From Rhizophagus irregularis (Eukaryota), in assembly GCF_026210795.1 (NCBI RefSeq), contig NC_089429.1, positions 2,418,001 to 2,482,000 on the forward strand: DNA of 64,000 nt. The letters run 5' to 3'. Under the pieces are notes generated by a model. The model was given only the letters and a program-made list of their open reading frames with translations, was not told where the DNA came from and did not search any database. This document shows positions 22,936 to 32,883 of the stretch, one piece after another; position 1 is the first letter of the stretch; each line of letters begins with the position of its first letter. The translations under genes were made by a program, and so were the position numbers.

Positions 22936-24417
22936 TTATATTATTCTTGATAAGGCATCTGCATTTTTATTTTCTTTTCCTGGTCTATGGGTTATTTCAA
23001 AATCATACTGTTCTAATTCCATGACCCATCTTGATCTCTTTCCTTTTGGTACTTTTGCAGTCATCAATCCTTTCAAAGCTGCATGGTCTGTCACTACTTC
23101 AAATTTTCTATTGATCAAGTATTTATGGAAATGTTGTATTCCCCATACAATTGCATAACATTCTTGTTCAGTTATTGGCCATCTTTGTTCTGTCCTGTTT
23201 AAACTTTTACTGGCATATTCTATTACGTATTCTTGACCTTTATCATCTTTTTGAGCTAACACTGCCCCTAATCCTATTCCTGAAGCATCTGTAATTAATA
23301 TAAATTTCCTTAACCAATCTGGTTGTCTTAACACCGGTTCTTCGGTTAATTTCCTTTTTAATATTTCTAATGCTTCATGTTGTTTGATGCCCCATTCAAA
23401 CTTTTCATCTTTTCTCAATAAAGATGTTATTGGTTTTACTATTTTTGAAAAATCTTTAATAAATTTTCTATAATACGTACATAACCCCAATATTGACCTT
23501 ACACCTTTTATATTTATAGGTGCTGTTAATTTTTGAATCTTTTCAACCTTTCCTGGACTTGGTTTTAATCCATTTTTACCAACTACATGTCCTAAAAATT
23601 CTATTTCTGTTTTTCCAAATATACATTTCTTTAACTTTAGTATTAAACTGGCTTCCTTTAATTTTTCTAACACTAACTTTATATGTTTTAGGTGGTCTTC
23701 AAAATTTTCCGAATATATCATTATATCATCAATGTATACTATCACAAATTCGTTTAGGTACTCCTTTAATACTTTATCCATTAACCTTTGAAAACTTGCA
23801 GGTGCATTTGTTAACCCAAATGGCATGACATTATATTCATATAATCCTGCTGAGCATATGAATGCTGTTTTCTCAATATCTTCCTCAGCCATTTCTATCT
23901 GATTAAACCCTGATGCTAAATCTAGACTGGTAAACCATTTTCCTGAACTTATCCTTTCTAATTGTTCATCAATCCTCGGTAATGGATATGCATCTGTTAT
24001 TGTAACTTTATTTAATTTTCTATAGTCGATGCAAAATCTATAATTTCCCGACTTTTTCCCTGCCAAAGTCACTGGTGAAGACCATGGACTTCTAGATTCT
24101 CTAATTTTTCCCAATTTTAACATCTCGTCAACCTCTTTTCTGATGAATTTACCTTTTTCATCATTTTCTTTGTACCTCTTTTGGGCTATTGGTTCAGTAC
24201 CCCCTTTTAATCTGATTTCATGTTTTACTAGGTTTGTCCTATTATATTTTTCACCATCGTACTCAAATATATCCTTATATTTTTCTACTAATACTTTTAA
24301 TTTACCTTTTTGTTCATTGGTTATGTCCCCTACTTTAAATTTTTCAGTAAATTTTTCATGGTCACTTTTGTGCTTCTTTATCGTCTCTTCAGTATCATTC
24401 TGACCAAGACTTATACT
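22936..24417 (-). CDS. pol: Reverse transcriptase + RNase H
   Basis: SPWSSPV, RFCIDYRKLN, LDLASGFNQI, MPFGL, YIDD; RNase H motifs TDAS and TDH. The frame is open from 24417, about 98 codons upstream of the first ATG at 24123. Confidence 0.95.
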   Translation of the reverse strand, partial: SISLGQNDTEETIKKHKSDHEKFTEKFKVGDITNEQKGKLKVLVEKYKDIFEYDGEKYNRTNLVKHEIRLKGGTEPIAQKRYKENDEKGKFIRKEVDEMLKLGKIRESRSPWSSPVTLAGKKSGNYRFCIDYRKLNKVTITDAYPLPRIDEQLERISSGKWFTSLDLASGFNQIEMAEEDIEKTAFICSAGLYEYNVMPFGLTNAPASFQRLMDKVLKEYLNEFVIVYIDDIMIYSENFEDHLKHIKLVLEKLKEASLILKLKKCIFGKTEIEFLGHVVGKNGLKPSPGKVEKIQKLTAPINIKGVRSILGLCTYYRKFIKDFSKIVKPITSLLRKDEKFEWGIKQHEALEILKRKLTEEPVLRQPDWLRKFILITDASGIGLGAVLAQKDDKGQEYVIEYASKSLNRTEQRWPITEQECYAIVWGIQHFHKYLINRKFEVVTDHAALKGLMTAKVPKGKRSRWVMELEQYDFEITHRPGKENKNADALSRII

Positions 24418-24950
24418 TTAAAATTTTCATCTTCCTGACCTTCATGGTCATCTTCATATATGTTATACAATTCATCCTGGTATAATTCTTCTAATATTTC
24501 CTCTTCATCAAATGTTTCTTCAAACCCTTTAATGGTCCTTTGTGTGTATTTTACTGGTATATCCATAGTTTCATCATTCATTCTAATTATTATTGTTTTA
24601 TCTGTGTAATCTATATTTGCTTTGAACATATCTAATACTCCATTTCCTAACACAATTTCGTTTTTTCCTGAATCAATTATTTCAACCTTAATGGGTATTT
24701 CTTTATCCCCAAATTGTATGTATATTGTCGTGGTACCCCTAGATGCTAATTTATCCTCATTTATCATCACACATCTTACTGTACTTGGTTCCTCAATTTT
24801 TAAGTCCATTTCATCCATTATCTGACTAGTTATTACATTTACTGCTGCTCCTGTATCAAACATTACGTCCTTTAATTCTTGGTTTATTATTAATTTACCC
24901 CTTAATGCAGTTAAGTGTTCTGCTTCAATGTTATTCATTGATTCTTGTAG
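24411..24950 (-). CDS. pol: Retropepsin aspartic protease
   Basis: VMFDTGAAVNVI active site and IVLGNGVL. In frame with gag after a single TGA. Confidence 0.9.
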   Translation of the reverse strand, partial: LQESMNNIEAEHLTALRGKLIINQELKDVMFDTGAAVNVITSQIMDEMDLKIEEPSTVRCVMINEDKLASRGTTTIYIQFGDKEIPIKVEIIDSGKNEIVLGNGVLDMFKANIDYTDKTIIIRMNDETMDIPVKYTQRTIKGFEETFDEEEILEELYQDELYNIYEDDHEGQEDENFKV

Positions 24951-27900
24951 TCAATCTGTTTGTGGATACCTTCTCATACCATCATAATATATTTTTCTTT
25001 GTTCTGGGCTCATATCTATAATTTGTGAAAAAGTTGCATTTGCTCTGGTACTTTTCATATCCTCTAATACGTTATATTTTGGTATATTTCTTTGAAATGC
25101 GCTTGTCCTATGAATACCTTCAACACGTTCATTTTTACATTGTTTTGCATAGTGACCTCTTTCTCCACAATTTCCACATGTATTATTATTTCTCCTTGCT
25201 TCTTGTGCTTTTTTCAGACTTTCATCAGTGAATCCTCTTTTTGGTAATGCTGCTGCCCTTTCCTCTTGGCTTGCATATTTATTATTCCTTCTTCGTGCTT
25301 GTTCTTGATCAATTTCCATATCTATATCTCGATCACTTGACCTATTTTTTATGTTACTTCTCGTTTGTCTTTCACCAGTATAAAAATCTTGATCAACATG
25401 GTTAAATGTTACATCATTATCTTGATAATACGGGTCGTCATAACTATATCCTTGATCATAATTATCCTGATAATCCTGACTATCATAATCATATTGGTCA
25501 TATTGGTCATTATAATTATCATATTCCACTACATTGAATCCTCGATTATTGTTTTGGTGGTTTGGTGGTCTGTTATAGTTATTTGGTCTTCCATTATAGT
25601 TATTTGATCTTCTGTTATAATTTTGATTATTCGGTCTTCCATAGTTTCTTTGACCATTATTTACCCTACATTCATTTGCATAATGTCCTGGTTGTTTACA
25701 ATTATAACATGCTCGAGGTGGTGGTCCTTGTCTATTATTATTGTTTGGTGGTCTCTTTTGCCCTCCAAGTTGATTTACTAGTTTTACCTCTAATTTTTTA
25801 AACATGTCGGCAAGGTCATCCTCATAATTTTTCTCCAATGGTTTTTCAAATATATTCTTTGGCTTGTCATCTTGTATATCGATTCCTTTTCTTTGGGTAC
25901 TAACTGATATACCACGTGTCTTTCTTATTAATTCATTAGTAGCTTCCTCCTCTCTTCTTGCTGTATTCACTGCATCATTTAAATTTGCTGGGTTTTGTCT
26001 TCTGACTTGATATCCCAATGTTGGTGTTAATCCTTCGATATAATTATCCACTTGTAATTCATCATCTAATGCATGGCCTCTGGTAGCTATCCTTAATATT
26101 TGTCTAAACCTTATCGTATATGCCTCAACATTTTCATTTACTCCTTGTGTTATTTTCCTTAATTCTAACATTTTCCTTTTTCTAACATCTTCCCTGGTAA
26201 ATCTTTGTTTAATCCTATGTTTTAAATCATTATCATTATCGTTATCTTGCCAATTTACCAAATGACCATTGTTTGCTTCCTTCTTTTCATTATACCATTG
26301 TGCTGCTGCACCTTTCAAACAGGTAGCTGCCATTGCTGCTTGTCTAGCTCCATTTACTCCTGCTGCTTTTCCTATGGCAGTAAATGCTGTTTCAAATTGT
26401 CTTACCCAATCATTAACATCTTCTTCTTCCTTTCCATAAAATTGTGGCATACTAATTATTCCTCCAGCTACATTCCCTGCATCCTCAATTGCATTTGCTA
26501 ATGGGTTGGCTGCGACTAATCCAGCCCAATTACCTCCTATATCATGTCCTGTTGCTGCTAGTAAAGCCGCTCTAAAATCTTCCCTTACTTCAGCTCTTGT
26601 TGCTCCCATAATTATTGGTACTATTGGTGGGATTGGTGGTATCGGTGGTGTTATAGGTGTTTCAAATAAATTTTCTATATTATAATCAGATATTTCACTT
26701 TTATCCTCAGAGTTTGATTCTGAACTTTCACTTGAGTCAAAACCAGGTCTATTTATAATGTTTTCTTCATAAGGTTCTTCAAAGTTTTCATTGTTATCGG
26801 TTTCATTTGGATTTAAAATTTCTCCATCTTTTCCAGATCCATCTGATTCTTTTTCAGATCCATCAGATTTTTCATTATCAGATTCATTTCCACTACTTTC
26901 ACTATCCTCAATTCCAGCTTGCTGTTTTAGAAATTTATTTAATATCCGCCTTAAATTTTTCTCCAATTCATTTTTATTTCCTTGGAATATTTCAATAAAT
27001 TCTTGATCCAATATTTCTCCATCAGTATATCCCATACTGATTAACCTCAATAACTCTCCATTAGTTATTTCTATTTTATTATCATCACATATTTGTTTTA
27101 ATCTTTTGACCCTGATATCAATTTCATTCTCGTCATTCTCACAATCCCTACACTTGGTTTTTCCTTCGTCAAATTTATTGTTTATCCATCTTATTCCACA
27201 TTCATTACAAAATGTGGTATTTTCATTTATCCATTCATATAATTTTATCCTTAATTCTTTGTCATTCTTATCCATTTCCTGGAAATATTTTTCTATAAAT
27301 TCTGTTGTTAATATCATACTATTGCTTATCCTGAATTTTCTCATTCTCTCTATTTCTGACACATTTAATTCGTATCCTAATTTTTCTAAGTCATCCTTTA
27401 ATTTTAATAATTCTTTTTGTTCGCAATTTTTACATTGTCCAATGTCTGCTATCATATCAGGTAACTTTCTATTTCTACAATTTCCACATATTAATGTTTC
27501 TTTTGTTAACCATTCATTTATTTCATCTTTTAATTTTTTATCACTTAGTCCCATTAATTCGAAAAATGTACCTAAAAAGTCTTCTGTTAATATCAATTCT
27601 ATCCTTATCCTTAGGTCCCACATTCTTTGTATATCCTTGTCAGTGAACCTTCCACCCATTTCTTCAATTTTTCTTTTTAATGATTCTACTGTCCATTCGA
27701 CATCATCCTCTATTTTTATTTCATAATGTATACTACCATCACTGTCCTCTAATTCATAACTTTCAGGACTATCACTTTCTGGGTCCTCAGGTTCCCTTGT
27801 AAATTGTTTGGTATCAATAAATCTTTGTACTATTTTTTGTATATATCTATCCCACCTCTGGTTCTGTTCCTTTATTGATAACCATGGTTCTTCGTAATCA

Positions 27901-28538
27901 ATACTTGTTATTAAGTACACTATTTCATCTTCTCCTAATTCGATTATTCTTTCTTCCACGTATAACAATTTTCTAAATTGTGTTATTGCACCTGGTGCTA
28001 CATACTTTGCTTTCGTATCATTTTCTAATATTGTGTTATACCATTCCCAAAATTTTTGAAATCTATTTTCAACATCCCAGTCTTCTAAAATATATCCATG
28101 TTCCATTATTTCTGGGCATCCAATTAATCGATCAAATACCTCATTTTCTAGATTCCCTTCAATACAATCCCTTACAATTACTACCATTATTATTCTCAAA
28201 CCTTTTTCTTTCATTTTTGGTTGTTGTCTGTACCTTATTGATTCAATTATTCTGTCTACTATATTCCTACATTTTCCTTTATGTATTGTGTCCTCCCTTT
28301 CTCTATTGTCCATACTTAATAAATTCAATAATTCTTTATGTGTTACATTATTGTACATTAGTATTGTATCCTCGAATTTAAACAAAGCATCCCAAAATTT
28401 CTTGAATGCCGTTGATACTTCTCTTTCTATTGGGTTACATATTTCACATGCTAAACATTCCTCTGGTTCTATCACTCCTAGGTCATGTTCTTGTTTATGG
28501 TTTATATATTCAGCGTTCCAAACATGGTACCATTCCAT
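24951..28538 (-). CDS. gag: Gag with a long N-terminal extension (1195 aa)
   Basis: Capsid-like region (FYGKEEEDVNDWV, CLKGAAAQWY, QGVNENVEAYTIRF) and two CCHC knuckles (CYNCKQPGHYANEC, CGNCGERGHYAKQC). Confidence 0.9.
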   Translation of the reverse strand: MEWYHVWNAEYINHKQEHDLGVIEPEECLACEICNPIEREVSTAFKKFWDALFKFEDTILMYNNVTHKELLNLLSMDNREREDTIHKGKCRNIVDRIIESIRYRQQPKMKEKGLRIIMVVIVRDCIEGNLENEVFDRLIGCPEIMEHGYILEDWDVENRFQKFWEWYNTILENDTKAKYVAPGAITQFRKLLYVEERIIELGEDEIVYLITSIDYEEPWLSIKEQNQRWDRYIQKIVQRFIDTKQFTREPEDPESDSPESYELEDSDGSIHYEIKIEDDVEWTVESLKRKIEEMGGRFTDKDIQRMWDLRIRIELILTEDFLGTFFELMGLSDKKLKDEINEWLTKETLICGNCRNRKLPDMIADIGQCKNCEQKELLKLKDDLEKLGYELNVSEIERMRKFRISNSMILTTEFIEKYFQEMDKNDKELRIKLYEWINENTTFCNECGIRWINNKFDEGKTKCRDCENDENEIDIRVKRLKQICDDNKIEITNGELLRLISMGYTDGEILDQEFIEIFQGNKNELEKNLRRILNKFLKQQAGIEDSESSGNESDNEKSDGSEKESDGSGKDGEILNPNETDNNENFEEPYEENIINRPGFDSSESSESNSEDKSEISDYNIENLFETPITPPIPPIPPIVPIIMGATRAEVREDFRAALLAATGHDIGGNWAGLVAANPLANAIEDAGNVAGGIISMPQFYGKEEEDVNDWVRQFETAFTAIGKAAGVNGARQAAMAATCLKGAAAQWYNEKKEANNGHLVNWQDNDNDNDLKHRIKQRFTREDVRKRKMLELRKITQGVNENVEAYTIRFRQILRIATRGHALDDELQVDNYIEGLTPTLGYQVRRQNPANLNDAVNTARREEEATNELIRKTRGISVSTQRKGIDIQDDKPKNIFEKPLEKNYEDDLADMFKKLEVKLVNQLGGQKRPPNNNNRQGPPPRACYNCKQPGHYANECRVNNGQRNYGRPNNQNYNRRSNNYNGRPNNYNRPPNHQNNNRGFNVVEYDNYNDQYDQYDYDSQDYQDNYDQGYSYDDPYYQDNDVTFNHVDQDFYTGERQTRSNIKNRSSDRDIDMEIDQEQARRRNNKYASQEERAAALPKRGFTDESLKKAQEARRNNNTCGNCGERGHYAKQCKNERVEGIHRTSAFQRNIPKYNVLEDMKSTRANATFSQIIDMSPEQRKIYYDGMRRYPQTD

Positions 28539-28822
28539 TTTTAATAAAATTCTCTAAAAATTTTCACATCTTTTACTTTTTATCCTTCTTTTATATTTTA
28601 TTTGACCTATACTGGGCTTGCCTTTACCTCATTTGTTCATTACTGAGTATGGTAGTTTACAGGTTTGTACAAATAAATTTACATTTTCCTTGAAATTCCC
28701 AACCTAAAGTTGGAATGTGATTCCATATTTGATTCATCTCTTTCCTGTAATTTTCTCATATTTGTCCAGCAAACATTATTTTAATTTTTGTTAACGTTAA
28801 TCATGATTTTTCTTGGGTACCC

Positions 28823-28968
28823 TCACACAGAATTGTTTTTGGAAGTTCACACAGAACTATTCTCAATTGATCACACAGAATACCTCAATTGAGTTCACAC
28901 AGAAAAAGCTCACACCGAACTATTCTCAATTGATCACACAGAAAACCTCAATTGAGTTCACACAGAAT
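28823..28968. repeat. TCACACAGAA-based tandem repeats in the retrotransposon 5' leader
   Basis: Seven TCACAC(A/C)GAA copies, including a duplicated about 62-bp block. Confidence 0.8.
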
Positions 28969-29548
28969 TACCCTACCATCGTATTTATAGTGTCGGTTTT
29001 TTGGGTACACTTTTTTATCCTTAACTTAACCTCAATTATTTATAAAAATTATTTTTAATCCTTAATTCATGGAACTTATTTACAATATTCTATTAAAACC
29101 CCTTCTAACTTGATTAGCCTCGCATTTCCCTTGATAATCAATTACTACCATACATATTTGGTTCATATGTATGAAAATTATTATAATAATAATTTTTCAT
29201 TGACTTATCAGCCGGTGGTCAAGTTAGATCAAAAATTTAATTTTGAACATTATCTCTTTATATATTTATGGTCATACTTACCCAAATTAATGCCTTTTAC
29301 ATTGGTAACCATTATTTTCACGTATCCTTTAAAATATTTAACTTTATTTTATTAAAATTTGTCATTAATACACCTTAAATTCTTTTTTTTTTAACCAAGA
29401 CTTAGAACTTTTAATTTTATAATTCCTTAACTTCGTCGATCCTTTATTTGTAACTTCTAATGATCACGTGGGGGTGATCATTTTCTTTTCTCAGAGATCC
29501 TATACTTATAACCTGTAGTGATCATGTGAGGATGATCACTTTTCCTTT

Positions 29549-29564
29549 CTCGGAGCATGCACCA
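29549..29564 (-). promoter_or_regulatory. Primer binding site (TGGTGCATGCTCCGAG)
   Basis: Starts 2 nt after the 5' LTR with TGG, the complement of tRNA CCA. Confidence 0.8.
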
Positions 29565-29566
29565 CT

Positions 29567-30188
29567 TGTAACACCTGAGCCCATAGAGAATTATGTTTGC
29601 CACCTCAGGTATTAACAAAATGACTCTTTATTAATAATATAAATAAATACAATAATATGCTTGGTTTAATAACATTAAATAACAAAATAAATAATTCATA
29701 ACAAAATTCGTCTAATTTCTCCCAAAAGGTGATCTTCACGCCCTTTTATGTTTGTTTTTGTGTAACTAAATTCATAATTTCAATTCATGGATTTAAATTA
29801 TTAAAGTATTTCCATTGTTTTTAAAGTATTTCCATTGTTTTAAAGTATTTCCATTATCTTAATTTTGTATCCATTTGATCATCATAAACTCCTGAATTAT
29901 GATTTATAATATTAACGTAGTGATCAACAAATTAATCACTTGACACCTCAGATCACTTGATTTCATGCAATTTAGTATCTTTCTGATCTTCATTTATCCT
30001 TAATTCTCGTGACTAATAGTTTAAGGTCATCACGGACCAATTACCTTAATCCATGTGATTATTAGTTTAACGACTTCTCGGTCCAATTAAAATAAAAATA
30101 AAAATAAGTTAAAATTTTATACACTAAGACTAAATGTAATACTGCGCCTCACAATTAATAAATTTACTAGATATACTACGGCATTACA
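29567..30188 (-). repeat. 5' LTR (622 bp)
   Basis: TG...CA termini; matches 20715-21336. Confidence 0.95.
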
Positions 30189-31374
30189 ACAGAAAAAAAA
30201 ATATCAACCGGGGAGATCACTATAGTACCGCAGCAGTGAAAATGTCGTTGGATCTGCGAGTCTCTGATCCTAAAAGTACGAAAAGAAAAAATTAAAAAAA
30301 AAACAATTATTTTGAAATGAAAATTAGCGCTTAATATAGTACCGTAGTAAACACTAAATATGTCAATCTTAAAAGAAGTTAAATTAAATATTAAAAAAAA
30401 AGCAAATCAGTGCTTATCATTTCACTGCAGCATCTCGATCGAACCCTGATCTGATCCTAAAAAGACGAAAAAAATATAAATAAATAAAAATAATTATTAA
30501 TCTATATAATTAACTCCATATAAATAAATTGAATTGTGTAATGTGAAATGTGTGATATACTATTGGGGTCATGTGTAAGTTACAATAGCCAATTAATGAG
30601 TTTTATGTTAATCCAATGCTCGGTTAGTGAAATTCTTTATCGGGTTGGTCTTTTCTAAAGTAGAAATTTTTTTCTTTTTTTTCAAACTTTCCATTTTTTT
30701 TTAATTTTTTTTTCCCGATATAATCTATACTATAATTTTTTTTATTATTTATTTTTGTTTTTTAGACGAATCTAGATCAGTGATCAGATAGATTATGCTG
30801 CAGTTTTATATAACTTTGCCATATTTTTCAGTGATTATTTTGATGTTGAAAAGCATTAAAATTAAATTTTTAACCAGGAATGTGGTGGCCAAATTGAGAA
30901 CATTTTATATGTTACAATATAATTTTTTTACTAAAATAAAATGAGCATAACTTTTTATATATTAATCCAATTTGAAAAATCAAATCACACTTTTATAGCC
31001 CTTGATATAATCTTTTAAGATATGATGAGTATTTAAAATAACATTTCTTTTTCATAGGGTTTAAGACTTGATGCCAAATAAAGGTAAATATTTTGTCAAA
31101 AAAAAAAATCTCAACTTTTGGTAAACCTGGTATCAAAATGTAACTAAAGGAGTGTATAAACAGTTGGTGATTTCAGAAATGCGAAAAAATCATTAAAATA
31201 AAACTTTGAACTCCTCCGTCTATTTTTCGTCCTGAGAATTTTTGGAACGGAAAGAGTTCCCCTAGCGTCTATTACGTCATAATGAAATTTCAATGGAACG
31301 CGCATTCCACTGTAGAACTATAACGATTTGGTGTAAAAGCAAAAAGATCAGTGTAAAGTCATGCGGGTTTACCA

Positions 31375-31888
31375 CAAAATCCCGACAACTATAAAATCGA
31401 AAGTCTACAATCCTGACACCAAGATCCCAACAACCCAAATCCAGTTGAAATAAAATCCCAATAATCACCAATTCCGACAGTTAAAAATCTTGACAATCAA
31501 AATCCCAAAGTTTTTTTTTTAAATATAATTTTAAAAATGCAATGAACGCAGTAACGGTTAATTTATTGTAAATTTTATTAATACCAATGTAAATTATTTG
31601 CAAATTTTATTAATATTAATGCAAATTAATTAACGTTACTATATTATTAAAAGAAAAAAAATTTTTTCTTAGTCAAAAAGATTATGTACAGTATATTACT
31701 AGATCTATTCCTTCTCTTCTAAATTAGAAACAATTGCATTAAAAAAATTAAACTAATCTCAAATTCATCTGATCAAATCTCAGCCAGGATTTTGGCTGTC
31801 AAGATTTTAGATCATCGGGATTCTGTGACTGTCAGGATTTTGATCCAATCCGTTATCGGGATTTTGGTGTCGGGTTATAGACTGTCGA
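31375..31888. mobile_element. Foldback/MITE remnant with AATCCCGACA subterminal repeats
   Basis: Multiple AATCC(C/T)GACA on the left and TGTC(G/A)GGATT on the right, in inverted orientation. Confidence 0.55.
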
Positions 31889-32655
31889 TATTACAATGCC
31901 CATGGTAAACCATGTTTGCCACAATGACTTTACTAACGAATCCTTTATTTAATAATATAAAATATTAATAACATATAAAATAAATCAAATAATCATGCTT
32001 GGTTTCTAAAATAATTCATGAAATTAATAAAATTCTCATTAATTCATCCAATAGAATAATAAAATCATCACTTAAAATACTAAAATGATGAATAAATTCA
32101 TCTAATAAAATCATAAAAGTCAAATAAAATAAAATAAAATAAATTCATCAGATAAAATTCATAAAATATTAATAAAACAAATTATTTCCCAAAATCAAAA
32201 TTCGGCAATTTCTCCCTCCTGTATTTTTCAAATCAATAATAATTAGGTACATTCTGACTAACAGAACAATTAAGTTCGGAATTTCACCCATCTTATTATT
32301 ATTCCTCATTATATAAACCATTATGTAAACTTCAAAAATTAGTCATCATTTTTGATCAATAATTCTTGCATAATTATTCACATTTCCAGATCTTCAATAA
32401 AGAACCAATGATCATAATGATCTACCATAAAAGTCGTTTCCAATCAAATAAATATTATATCGCTTCTCTTCGTTAAGGAACCAATTATTACTCAATTCTC
32501 AAACATTACTCACAGAATAGTTTAACGTCATTACTCATTACCGAGTCGGACGTATTTCACTTTAAAACATTTTAAAATTCATAGGTTTATACACCTAGAA
32601 TAAATATACTACTGCGGTTTATAGTAATTAATTTAATAAAATGCACTGGCATACA
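31889..32655 (-). mobile_element. Diverged solo LTR related to the Gypsy LTR
   Basis: Shares GCCCAT..ATGTTTGCCAC, ATGCTTGGTTT, AATAGTTTAACG, TACTGCG and terminal GGCAT(T)ACA in the same order. Flanks TCGA/TCGG are imperfect. Confidence 0.6.
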
Positions 32656-32883
32656 TCGGCCAGCTTAATTTCGGCCGGAATTAAAGATAATTTGGCCGGA
32701 CTTATGAAAATCCGAAAATCAATTGCCCGAGTTCCGGCAGGCTTTCGCGATGAGCGTAAAAATTTGCGGAGTTAATAATTAACTTGCATAAAACGTTTTA
32801 AAATGAAATTGGTGTTTAACATAAATACTTGTAAATGCTGTACAATTAAAAAACTATTATTATTTTTCAAGAAATTCTTAAAA

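Larger units (their letters stand above)
20715..30188 (-). mobile_element. Full-length Ty3/Gypsy LTR retrotransposon (about 9.5 kb), 4-bp TSD ACAG
   Basis: Two 622-bp TG...CA LTRs, with ACAG at 20711-20714 and 30189-30192. PBS and PPT are present. Domain order is Gag-PR-RT-RH-(kinase)-IN. Confidence 0.97.

Noticed and set aside
24394..24416. Removing GTATAAGTCTTGGTCAG as an intron would fuse PR to RT in frame
   Set aside because: 17 nt is far shorter than any other intron here and has no branch point.
22185..29355. Many plus-strand ORFs antisense to gag/pol
   Set aside because: Ser/Phe/Ile-rich antisense shadows with no motifs.
31885..32659. TCGA/TCGG as the TSD of the solo LTR
   Set aside because: One mismatch, and the interrupted MITE arm does not resume after the LTR, so it may be coincidence or a later rearrangement.
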